From Carcharhinus longimanus (taxonomy: Eukaryota), in contig JASCQW010000137.1 of NCBI GenBank assembly GCA_030264375.1, forward strand, positions 26,031,114 through 26,095,113: DNA of 64,000 nt, in the 5' to 3' direction. The translations under genes and the position numbers were made by a program. Positions 37,731-49,263 of the stretch are shown here, in pieces. The notes under the pieces are model-generated. The model was given only the letters and a program-made list of their open reading frames with translations. It had not been told where the DNA came from and ran no database searches. Numbering within the stretch: the stretch's first letter is position 1; each line of letters opens with the position of its first letter.

Positions 37731-40425
37731 TTTGGATCTTTAAAACCTTACCTGAATATGAAAGGTAGTCCTGCAAAGAGATTATTGAGTGGAAAATATA
37801 ATTGTGCTGACTAATCCTGAAATTGTTGAGATGCCAATGCCAGTAGTAGGTTGCATTATCGTCAACCATTATTCATTCCTAACAGTTCCTGGAACTGTTG
37901 GGACAAGGGAAATGGCACAAATTCCATTCTCTGCAAGCTGCCAATGATTTGCACCAAAATGCCATCAGTCTTGCCAAAGGTTATAAATTTATTTTTGTCA
38001 TGAGGCCCCAAACTGAAGTTAATGGTGACCATGCAGTTGCTGGATTTACAACATTACTGTGAACACATCCCACAATAGACATTCAAGGTTGGTAATTAAT
38101 GTCTGGGAGGACCCTAATCACAGTGTGATTGATGGTCCTCACATGATACATGATGAAAGAGACCAGTGAAGCTTTGGAGCTTGATTATCTGCTTTGACAG
38201 TCCTTTTTGCACTTGCCTTGCCAACCATATTCCAATGAAGGTAGACCATGACCTTTCTACATCTGGCAGTCTCATGCTCCAGAAAAGCACTGTAATGGCA
38301 TATCCACCATACCACACTGACTACTCTTCACCAGGATTTCTTTGGCTGGAAAGGACATCCTGAGTTTGAGAAAAGCACTATACAAATGAGAATCTTTTTT
38401 CACCTACTGGGTGTCTCATTGTTCTTGATCATAATAGATGAGGCTGTATATTTCGTAAGTTAAGCATACTTGCATATTTTGTAAACCTACCAGCCATTGA
38501 TGCATTAAATTTCTTAAAGACCAACACAAATTTCCAAACACAATTGGCTTTGTATGCCTTTCCCTTCTGGTGTTTTTTTTCCTCAATTTGCCTTTGTCTA
38601 TTTTTCATCTCTCTCATGTGCTCTGAATCCATCGTCTTTTACGTTTCCTGATTATATTTAATTTACTTCTCGTTCTTTTTGTCTATACTTTTCTTCCATT
38701 GATGAGAGAGTTAAGTACAATGTTCACTGGACACTTCACCAGCTTCCAGACAGTGTGAATATACTGTGATGTTAATAATGAGCATAGAAGTCCGATCAAA
38801 TGTTACTCAGTGCCAAACCCACTGTTACAGCAATCTCCCATCCAATGTTGAAGTTAATGTGCTGCTGAAGACAATCCATCAAGAGAATGGTAGATGCAGG
38901 AGCAGTTTTTAACTAAACATTGAAACAGGAGGTAAATAGCTTCATTTTATATTTCAAGCCAATGTCAAGTTGAGAAACAGAGAGTTAAAGTTAATGTCCC
39001 TCCAGTGACAAGTTTGGATTCATGGGGCATTTAATTGGATAAGAGGGTGCAGAATAGGGACCCATATCTGCCCAATTTAGTCCAGAGTGCAAAGGCTTAT
39101 TTATCAACAGCTGTCCTGCCCCATCCCTAATCGAGGTCTTTAAATGGTGAATTAAAGTTCATCCCAACACCACTGGTATTCAACCAGCAAAGTTGCCATA
39201 TAAAAGTAAACACTGTCAGGCTTCTATGAAGGTGGGGGCGTGGGGTCACTAACATTCAAAGGCACTCAGTGCCTGACTGAGGGTCCCAGCATCAGGAAGG
39301 AAGCTAAAAGCTATCCCTGGCCTTCCTTCAGATCCTCTCCTCTTCGTGACTCCCATCCTGCCATCACCATTTATGGCCTAAGTCTCTCAGTGATCCTGGC
39401 ATATGCCTGAATGTCAGCAATCACTGCTGTTAGTGACAAAGTAGAGCTGCCAGCCTCTGAATCACTACAATTCTTGCCATGGTCCTAAGTCCTGAGGAAG
39501 GCCAAACACCAGCCATTTAAGTGTCTGACGGGCACTTAGTTCCATTCAGCCTTCCTCAAAGAAAGGGAAGAGACCTCATGCTGGATCTCCAGCTAGCAGG
39601 CTAGACCTCCATCACCAATATTAAATTCAACTCAAAGGGATACTGTTCCATTGTAATATTCACAATCCCAAAGCTAACCCGTGTTTACATTGGGCATATA
39701 GGGAAATAAAAACATTATTTCTGCCACGACAGAGTCACATTCTAGAAATAGGTAAAAATTCTGCCCCTGAAATCAGGGAGTTGGGCCCAGCTGGCCATTT
39801 GACACACCAATTGCCTCCAGTGAAGTGGGGTTTTGGAACAATAAGATTGTGGAATCTGAATTGTACAGAATGGAACAGGTAACAGGAGGTCTGAACTCGG
39901 TGGGTGCGTTTGAATAATTAGGGTACCTCTTTGCAGAAATAAGGTACTCCTTTGGACATGATCCCGGGACATCTTTGGGAGAGGTAAGACACTTTGGAAG
40001 AAGTGAGGCAGCCTTTGGGATTGTTAAAGGTGAACATGATTATGCACCTTTTGTGCACAAAATCATTGTATTTGTTAAGCTGTTGAAGACCTGTTCGGGA
40101 AGTGAAAAAACTGTGAAGGAATGGTCCAATGATACCAAGTATGTTGGCATGAAGGGGGCATGAGCAAATGGAGTGGGTAGAGAGCATTAAGTTTTGTATA
40201 AGGACCATAGAAGTGGGTAGAGAAGCACTAAGTTAGCTTGGGGAATGCATGCAAGGGTGGTTGTGGGTGGGGGCATGCATGGAGCATGAAATATATGGAG
40301 GACATGCGTAGGGGGGCAAGGTTGGAAGATTGTTAATTATTTCAACACAGGCCACTTCTGCACCTAACAACCAGTACATTAAAGTCCCGAGTTGTTCACC
40401 CCAGCTCTCTCACCCCCACCCCCCC

Positions 40426-40427
<2 letters not shown>

Positions 40428-40458
<31 letters not shown>
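40428..40458. repeat. (CA)n microsatellite
   Basis: About 15 CA units, directly visible. Confidence 0.95.
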
Positions 40459-40460
<2 letters not shown>

Positions 40461-40575
40461 AACATCAGACCAGTGNNNNNNNNNNNNNNNNNNNNNNNNN
40501 NNNNNNNNNNNNNNNNNNNNNNNNNNNNNNNNNNNNNNNNNNNNNNNNNNNNNNNNNNNNNNNNNNNNNNNNNNN

Positions 40576-40640
40576 GCTAGTGAGTATATTATCAAATAAA
40601 TAGGTTGGACTAAAACCTGGTGTTGTCAGACTTTTTACTA
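40576..40640 (+). mobile_element. Penelope pseudo-LTR arm emerging from a gap
   Basis: GCTAGTGAGT...TATCAAATAAAT.GGTTGGACT.AAACCTGGTGTTGTCAGACTT is the reverse complement of ~58975-59034. Confidence 0.65.
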
Positions 40641-40719
40641 CTTTAGAATATCCAGAAGATCAGTGGGAGGTATTCAAAAATAATTTCATGTGATACAGAA
40701 GGAGTTTACAACTCCATAA

Positions 40720-41400
40720 CGAAGGAGTAGAAGCCCATCAAGTCTGCCCTGCCATTTAATGAGATCATGACTGATCTGATATGATAATCCTCAATTTTAC
40801 CTTTCTGCCTTATCCCTCGATTCCCTTGCTGATTAAAAAATTATCTCAGCCTAGAACATACTGAACAATCCAACCTCTACAATCCTCTGCAGTAAATTCT
40901 ACAAATTCATTACCTGCTGGGAGAAGAAATTCCTGCTGATCTCTTTCTTAAATAGGTGATTCCTGACTCTGAGATTATGCCCCTGGTATTGGACTCTCTG
41001 GCAAAGGGAAATGATCTCTCAGCATCTACTCTGTCAAGCCCCCTGAGAATCCTACATGTCTCAATAAGGTCACCTTCTAAACAATGAATACAGGTCCAAC
41101 CTATTCAACTTCTCTTCATTAAAAAAACTCTCCATTCCTTGGATCAACCAAGTAAACCTTCTCTGGACTGCCTCCAATGCCATTTTAGATAAGGGAACCA
41201 AAACTGTTCACAGCATTCCAGGTGTGGGGTAAATAGTGCCTTGTATAGTTTTAGCAAGACTTCCCTATTTTTATACTGCATTCCTCTGGACATAAAGGCC
41301 AACATTCCATTTTCCTTTCCTATTACTTGTTGAACCTGCATGTTTATGATTTATACACAAGGATATCCAAATCCTTCTGTGCTACATTTTTCTGCAGTCT
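40720..41400 (-). mobile_element. CR1 3' portion
   Basis: QVQQVIGKENGMLAF..RG.QYKNREVLLKLYKAL..PHLECCEQFW, plus 3' tail. Confidence 0.85.
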
Positions 41401-41409
41401 TTCAATTCA

Positions 41410-42141
41410 GAAGTCTTTGACTACTATATGAGATGAAAGAGGTGGTCAAGAGCATTGTGAGCCTCTTGTAAAAGATGATATTGTCAATGAATGTAAGGAA
41501 ATGGAAGGTATGTTGAATAATTAGTTTGTGTCAATATTTACAGTAGAGGATGAGGTGAGTATGCCAGATATCCCAAGGAATTAGAGAAAACATTAATTAT
41601 GCTTGCATGAATCAAAAAAAAAGACCCATCCAAATTAACATAAGCAAAATAACAGTAATAAAGAAAATTATGGTCATAGAGCAACAAATCCCCAGTTCAC
41701 GGTGGTTTTCCACACAGGATTTTAAAAGAAGCAGATGAAAATATTGTAGCTGCCCTGATTAAAATTGTCCACAGTTCTGTTGATTAGGAAACCAGGTTTT
41801 TAGGTTGGAAAATTGTGCATATCTTTACGTTAATTAAGAAAAGTGAGAAAGTGAAACAAAAGAATTAAAAATCAGTTAGGAATCCATCTACTATATCTGC
41901 TGTCAGTAAATTACTGGATTCTATAATTAGTGATAGGGTGGCTAAACACATGATGATTTTCAGCTGATCAGAGAAAACCAGCATGGATTTGTAAATGATA
42001 GGTCATGCCCGATGAACCTTGATTTAGTTTTTTGAAAAGGTGGCTAAATAAATGGACAAAGGAATGTCTACTGATGCAATTTATATGACTTCCAGAAGGC
42101 ATCTGATGAAGCCTCTCATAAGAGCCTATTAATTAAAGTTA
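41410..42141 (+). mobile_element. CR1 internal RT fragment
   Basis: LNN.FVSIFTVED...K.P...GFP...ENQHGFV...DFQKA.D....KSLLIKV. Confidence 0.75.
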
Positions 42142-42410
42142 CATAGAAACATGAAAAGTAAATGGCACAAAAGGCCACCATTTGACCCACTGTGTCTGTA
42201 GCGCTGATCAGCCTAATCACGCTCTCCAGTTCTTGGTCTGTATTCCTGTAGGACTTGACACTTCAAGTGCATGTCCAGGTACTTTTAAAGTGATGAGGAC
42301 TTCATCACTACCCTTTCAGGTGGTGAATTTCACAGCCCCAATAACTTCTGCGTGAAACATTTCTCTTCAACTCTTCTATAATTCTTCCAGCAATTATTTT
42401 AAATCCATGA
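42142..42410 (-). mobile_element. CR1 3' end fragment
   Basis: CATAGAAAC...GGCACAAAAGGCCACCATTTGACCC...TCCAGGTACTTTTAAA. Confidence 0.65.
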
Positions 42411-42427
42411 GGACTGGGCATCCTACA

Positions 42428-43175
42428 GAGAACATAGAACAGTACAGCACAGTACAGGCCCTTCTGCCCTTGTTGTTGTGCCGAGCTTTGTCCAAAACCA
42501 AGATCAAGCTATCCCATCATTCTGGTGTGCTCCATGTGCCTATCCAATAACTGCTTGAAAGTTCCTAAAGTGTTCGACTCCACTATCACAGCAGGCAGTT
42601 CATTTCACACCCCAACCACTCTCTGAGTAAAGAACCTACTTCAGACATCCCTCCTATATCTCCCACCATGAACCTTATACTTATGCCCCCTAGTAACAGC
42701 AACATCCACCTGAGGAAATAGTCTCTGAATGCCCACTCCATCTATCCCCCCTCGTCATCTCATAAACCTCTATTAAGTCGCCTCTCATCCTCCTCTGCTC
42801 TAAAGAGAAAAGCCCTAGCTCCCTCAACCTTTCCTCATTAGACCTATCCTCCAAACCCTCTTATCCAATCGGCCAAATTTCCCTTTACCCCACACCTTCT
42901 TATCTTCTTCATGAGCCTACCATGGGGAACCTTATCAAATGCCTTACTAAAATCCATGTATATGACATCAACTGTTCTACCTTCGTCTACACACTTAGTT
43001 ACCTCTTCAAAGAATTCAATCAAATTCGTGAGGCAGGACTTACCCCTCACAAAACCGTGACTATCCCAGATTAAACTACATCTTTCCAAATGGTCATAAA
43101 CCCTATCTCTCAGGACCTTTTCCATTAACTTACCGACCACTGAAGTAAAACTAACTGGCCTATAATTACCGGGGT
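42428..43175 (-). mobile_element. Relatively young CR1 with an internal deletion
   Basis: NYRPVSFTSVVGKLMEK...HGFVRGKSCLTNLIEFFEEVTK...VIYMDFSKAFDKVPHGRL, joined at ~42860 directly to the C-terminal region and tail. Confidence 0.9.
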
Positions 43176-44472
43176 CGTTATTTGTATATTAATGTTTCAT
43201 TGTTCTCACAATACAATCCAAAAAGAATGCACCTGAAATTCTTACCTCATATAAAGAAAGATTTGAGGTAATTTGTGGAAGGGTTTGTAATTGACAATGA
43301 GGCTGGCAATTTGAAGGGGAGTTTGGTAAACCCTTTCCTCCCTCCCACTTTCCAAGTGATACAAAGATTAGTGACAGAAAATGATAACATTTATGCAAGT
43401 AGTCAAGTGTTTAATTTGCCATTCTATTGACGCAGAGAATGAATGAAAACTGTATGTTTATTTAATTTAGCAAGCTAAAATGATTTATATCCAAAGAAAA
43501 CAATAATTTTCCAAGGATGAATCATAAAACAATTAATCCAAATATTTGCAGATGTCTCTTGTATACATACATCCCGGTGCTGCCAGATTTCTCATCTATT
43601 CTTGCTCCTATTGGAAAAGGGTTTCACAATTCCGTAAGTGAGCCATAACCTAGCCTCTGGTCCTAGCTTCTCCGTAGGTATTTTTTCCCATTTCAATCCA
43701 AATCCTCAGTCCTGTCAAATTCAAATCCAGCCTTCTGTTTCCCTTCCCCTTTCCCCTATCACTATTTGCTGTGAAGCAACATGTACCTAATTCACTCCAA
43801 TATACCCCACGTACCATACTGGTGCGTATCGCCAGCTTCAGAAGAAGCAAAGAATAAATATTAAACCAAGGGACTTGACTGTTGAATACTCAAGGGAATA
43901 GTTTACAGTTTCCACAAGACAAGTCAGTGAATTCAATCCCAAAAGGACCAGTAAACAGCAATAAAAATAAATGCTGGGATTCTCTGACCTTCCCATGGCC
44001 TTTTTCTCAGACAGGAGTAGCACACCATTAGCCAGATATTTTGGCCCCATGTTGTCAGTGGGATTTCCCAATGAATCCACCCCACACCACCAGGGAACAC
44101 AGGGTAAGGTGCATGATCCAGATGATCCCACCAGCTGGAAATTAGCACCCAAAGTTTGACTTAATTATCAGTGCATGTCAGTGCCCATAATCCAAGGCTC
44201 TAATTGTGATAGAGGACATTTCCCTGACCAAGGAAGCAAGCCAGTGAGATGAGATATGTTGTGCGCACACACACACAGATCAGGTTGAGCCACACATAAA
44301 AAAAAGGAGCTGAACATGCAAGATAAGATATGGTTGTCCTAAAGAGTTAAAATTATTATACACAAAGCATCATGGATAATGTTCATTTCCCTGCTACAAC
44401 ACTTACTGAAAGAACAGTTTGGAAGCCTGAGCAATATACATATAGTTCATTGGCCCTGGAACGCTTAAAATC

Positions 44473-44832
44473 CACAGAATCCATACAGCGCAGAAGGAGG
44501 CCATTTGGCCCATCATGTCTGCACTGATTGTCTGACAGCATTTCACCCAGACCCACCACACCCAAACACCTCGGCCACATTCCCATAACCACTCACATTT
44601 ATCCCACTAATTCCTCCTAACTTGCAGAGTTTAGGACATTAAGGGGCAATTTAGCATGGCTAATCAACCTAACTTGCACACTTTTGGACAGAGAGAAAAC
44701 CATAACACCCGGAGGAAACCCACGCAGATACGGGAAGAACACACAATCTCCACACAATCACCCAAGGCTGGAGCTGAACCCGGGTCCCCGGCACTGAGGC
44801 GGCAATGTTAACCACTGTGCCACCATGCCTCC
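44473..44832 (-). mobile_element. HE1-like V-SINE with CR1-type tail
   Basis: Antisense head CCACTGTGCCACCATGCC, V-domain CCGGAGGAAACCCACGCAGA, tail ACAGCGCAGAAGGAGGCCATTTGGCCC. Confidence 0.9.
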
Positions 44833-45289
44833 CCACTTTTTGGAGCTGCAATTCTACGGTAGTCACATTTGACTGTCAGTTAACACAGGAATGCGATACA
44901 GTACCTGCTCACGTGACAGGAGTGTCTGTTACTCAAGAGACATAAAATGACTTGGTTGCCTGGATGGGGCCACTTAAATTCCCTGCTTGAAATGAGCCAG
45001 AGCGATAAATCAGGTTGATACGATTTAACGTTCATTTGGATTGTCAAAGACTGAACTACATTTCACTTTGAACCATGACAGAGTTCCAACACTTGTGGAA
45101 TCTGTACTGACAGAGAATTCTGCTGTCTGCGGACAAGGAAAAATGTTCCATAATGGAACCCCCTTTCCCAGAAGGAGTTTTTAAAATCGCCCACATTGTG
45201 GTCTTGGGGATATGAAGAGCAGAGCTGTGAAATGCTAATACTACTCACAGGTGAATAAGCACAGCTTGAAGCTTCTCTAATTCTATTCT

Positions 45290-45930
45290 TCACAAAAGTG
45301 AGATTTGCAGATCAACAAAGTTGAGAGAACAGCACAGGAATACTAATTTGATGGCCCGAGCTTCCATTTAAATACTTAATAGCTGTATTCAACAAAAATT
45401 ACATGTCCACGCCTCCATCTGAATGCTTAATGTCAGTACTCAGTAATATGTCGTCAGCCACATATAGCTTCTATAACACTACAGTTTGTGAATAAAGGCT
45501 TCATAAATGGCTTTTTACAGAAAATGATCTAAATTTGCAATTTTATAGCTTTGTAAAAAGCAGAGCGAGTAGAATAGCTAACAAGTCAGAACATGGTGAT
45601 AATTCACTCGCAGTTGTGGAGTGAGCTATTTAATGAGGAATTCTCAGCACAAACATTGGCGAGTGGCAGATATTGTGGACCGAGAGCAGCCCTTGCCCTC
45701 AGCCCGACCCCGCCTCTACCCTGTCGTTCCCGGTTTTGCCGCGTGCTTGTAATCTAATGTAAAATGCCTGAGGGTGGTCGGGGAAGAGTTAAGTCTCTGT
45801 AATCGAGATTAATGAAGAGGTCTTCTCTATACTTCCCAATAGAGGCTGTTAAAGTCCATCCCATAGTGCTTCAGTCATTAATTATCGTGAATGGATGGCT
45901 TTACTACTGAGAGTAAATAAAAAGGTGACA
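45290..45930. promoter_or_regulatory. Candidate conserved non-coding element / enhancer block
   Basis: No recognisable repeat, CpGs retained (45655-45810), several TAAT, TAATC and CATAAA motifs. Conservation not tested. Confidence 0.35.
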
Positions 45931-46624
45931 GAAACGTCAAAAATTGAGGGCTGCTTTATTAGACAGGAAAGCATATCAGCTACAAATGAATCAGGCTAAA
46001 ACAAATCACAAGATTAAAACTGTGTGGAAAATATAGACAATCCAGTGGGGGGGAAAAAAAAAATTAAACCTTTCTTTTACATTGGTGTTATAGAGCCAAA
46101 TAAATGAGGGCCCTTTCACTTTAGTTGCTCCTACTTGCATTTTTGAAAAATATGTCCCCTTTACTCAACTCAATGCCACTGCAATAACAAAAGATTCACC
46201 AGGGCATCTTTGGTGATTTGTTGGTCTACACCAGCTCCTTTCCTCCAGGGATCCCCATAGAAACCACAGTTTCTATCCATCTTTACTAATTCTAGGTGAA
46301 CCATTATTTGCAAATAAAGAAAGGACTGTAAATTTTGAGAAAAACAGCCAATTAATCATGTTTAGCTCCTTCTGGCTCTTTCTGCACTTCTAAAAATTGA
46401 TTAATATAAACCACAAATGTGTTCATTTTAATGTTGTTGCTGCATTCCACAGCTATGTGGTCAGAATAAAGGAATACTTTACTAAAGGCTAGACATGTCA
46501 CACTCCAGCCAGAGGCCCAGAATTCAATGGTCAGGCACATTTGTTGGCTGTAGGGCAGGACTCGAATGCCAAGGGTGAAGGAGAAAAACAAACAACAAAA
46601 TAATCCATTTGTGTTGATTAAGCT

Positions 46625-46785
46625 TCTTAGAAAACCGAAGGCTACGTCATTGGTAATGGGTTGAAGGATCATGGAGAACAGGCAAGAGTCGAGGCCGAAA
46701 CAAGATCAGCCATGATTGTATTGAATGGCCGAACAGACTCAGTTGCTGAATTGCCTACTCCTTCTCCTGGCTCTTATGTTCTTAT
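46625..46785 (+). mobile_element. CR1 3' end fragment
   Basis: AGATCAGCCATGATTGTATTGAATGG...GCCTACTCC...TCTTATGTTCTTAT tail. Confidence 0.75.
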
Positions 46786-46869
46786 ATCATGAGTTGCAAA
46801 AACCGGTGCCTCGACCCAAGGTAGTGATGGGAAAGAGACCAAATCACCAATAACAATGGCAACAACTTC

Positions 46870-47218
46870 AAGTTAGCATCTCTGCCTCACGGTGCCAGGG
46901 ACCTGGATTCAATTCCAGCCTTGGGTGACTGGAGATTGCAAGTTTTCCCTGTGCTGCATGTGTTTCCTCTAGGTGATCCTGTTTCTTCTAACAATCCAAA
47001 AAGATGTGTCAGTTAGGTGGATTAACCATGCTAAATTGCTCCTTAGTGCCCAAAGATGTGTTGGTTAGGTAGAATAGTCACTGTAAATGTGTAGGGTTAC
47101 AGGTAAAGGAGGTGGGGGGGGGGGGGGGGGTTCTGGGCAAGGTGCACTTTAGGAGAGTTGGTGCAGAATTGATTGGCCACATGGTCTCTTTCTGAATTGT
47201 CGGTATTCTATGGTTCTA
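46870..47218 (+). mobile_element. HE1-like V-SINE with CR1-type tail
   Basis: GTTAGCA..TCTGCCTCACGGTGCCAGGGACC...GCTAAATTGCTCCTTAGTG...ATTCTATGGTTCTA. Internal poly-G at 47114-47130. Confidence 0.85.
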
Positions 47219-48797
47219 ACTTAAATAAAAATATAAAACTAACCGGGAGTAAAAACAAACTTAAAAATGTAAAAGGTCCTCACGGTGCCATCACACCCAA
47301 ATCAACTTCAGTATGTACTTTGGCTTTAAGCTGCTTATACATTGAGTGTTTATACTTGTGACAATACTAAAGACTTTGTGTGGAGTATTCACCATGCAGC
47401 ATCCATTACATTCCCTTGAGCTGACATTGTAGACTTGATTTTGTCCACTATCCTGATTAGAAACAGGATAATGGCAAAAAAGAACTGCTGGTTTCTTGCC
47501 CAAGCTAATTTGCTCTCGTTTCACTCCTCCATGAGGAATGTTGCTTTCCACCATCTTCCTGATCACGCCAATGGCAAGAGAGTAATAGCACTCAACCTTC
47601 CATTCCATCTTCCTCCCTTATAATCTTGCTGCTCTTTGCACTCCCCAGAATCAGGACAATGGGGTTGGAGGCACTAAGAGCGCCATCACTACATTTGGAG
47701 TGTGGGAGAAGTGGGTCTGGTTTTGGATTCGGCACCATCCAATTTGGTGCTGACAGCAGGCTCTGTGGCTCTGCCAGTTACCCTCTGCCCTGAGGTTCAA
47801 GGAAGATTGTATTCAAATAACAAAGGGAGTTGCAACAATGTCAGAGGAGCAATAGCAATCTGGCCCCCTCACTACAACTTCAACCTCGATCTATTGATGA
47901 AGTCAGTAGTGAAGATAAGCTTTTAAAAAAAAAATACAGGGATGGGGTGTGAGGGAGACAAAAATCATACATATTATGAGAAACAACATTATAAAAAAGG
48001 TTTTGAAGCTCATTATGCAACTACATTTAAACGTTATTTCTATAAGTAGGATTTTGATCATTCCCTTTAGCTTTAGGTTTCAGCCGATGCTTGGAGAAGC
48101 ACAGAACTAAAACTGATTCTTTGTGTTCTCTCCAAAGCAGATGGAAAACTGGCACCGTGGCAACACTGGCTGCACAAGGCTGCTGTTGGGAGTCTCAAAC
48201 CAGTCCTCATTTAAATGTCACTGGCAACCAGAGGGCACTAATTGGGTGCTTGAGGCTCACTGGTCATGGGCAAATGGTAAACCGGTGAGCTCCCATGCAA
48301 GCACAGATTAGGCTGGGCACAAATGGGCAGATTGTGCAATGTTACACGCTTCAGGCAAAGCGCATGTAAAATTGCTACCGGGGTCCCACAAGCGGCACAT
48401 TTGCGCAGTTAAGCAGACTCTCTTCAGATACAGGAGCTCACCTTTGTGCAAGTCAGCTTTACAAAGTCATTAGAGCTACCCTTGTTCATCAAATGGGGAG
48501 ACAGAGGGAAAACCGCCCCTCCATTTGTCTTATTGTCCACCAACCCACAATGAATGGGAATGCAACCAATATTTACTCCCCCAGAGAGAAAGTTAGTGAG
48601 CTCATTATTTGAGTACAATCTTCAACATATTCATGGTGCTTCCAGAATATTTTACCAGTCATTCTGTTGGATGGTCAACCAAATGCTGCCCAGATTACAA
48701 ATTGTCTTCCAAGTATAAAAATTACAGCAAATTGAAAGGAGCCTTTTGCCTCATAGCACCAATTTAGGAACAATCTCTTCAACATTCTTTATTTGTG

Positions 48798-48890
48798 CAC
48801 ACCAATTCACCGTCCCTTCCTCTGCTTTTGGGCACCCATTCACCATTCCTTCCCTTTCTAGTGGGCACCAATTCCCTGCCCCTTCTCCTG
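48798..48890. repeat. 33-bp minisatellite, ~3 degenerate copies
   Basis: Units start at 48798, 48831 and 48864: (GG)CACC(A/C)ATTC(A/C)C...CCTTC. Confidence 0.7.
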
Positions 48891-48936
48891 TCGATCTGCA
48901 TCTCCATTCCATGGCCCTTCTTTTGCCATTCATTTA

Positions 48937-49263
48937 TGGGGAGTCAATGACCTAGTGGTATCATCACTAGACTACTCATCCAGAAACTCAGCTAACGTTC
49001 TTGGAACCCAGGTTCGAATTCCACCACAACAGATGGTGGAATTTGAATTCAATTAAAAAATTTCTAGAATTAGGAACCCACTGATGACCATGAAACCAGT
49101 GTCGATTGTCAAAAAAAAACCTCACCTCGTTCACTAATCTCCTTTAGAGGAGGAAATCTGCCATCCTTACCTGGTCTGGCGTACATGTGACTCCAAAACC
49201 ACAACTACCCTCTGGCAACTAGGGCTGGCCAGCGAGTGACACCCATGAATGAATGAAAAAAAA
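48937..49263 (+). mobile_element. tRNA-derived SINE with (TGAA)n tail
   Basis: A box TGACCTAGTGG (~48948), B box GGTTCGAATTCC (49011-49022), tail ATGAATGAATGAAAAA. Antisense copy at 11016-11268. Confidence 0.8.

Noticed and set aside
39020-40400. Old DNA-transposon-like repeats (also ~30540-31150, 47640-48600, 53800-54230)
   Set aside because: Probably decayed Harbinger-like derivatives, but boundaries and TIR pairs could not be defined reliably by eye.
43552-43633. Assignment to a DENN-domain gene from the YIPVLP motif
   Set aside because: Residues flanking the motif do not match the DENND or SBF sequences I know; no gene symbol assigned.
48937-49030. tRNA gene (A and B boxes present)
   Set aside because: It is a SINE head: no convincing cloverleaf, and it continues into a body and tail with another copy at 11016. 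The same applies to the HE1 heads.
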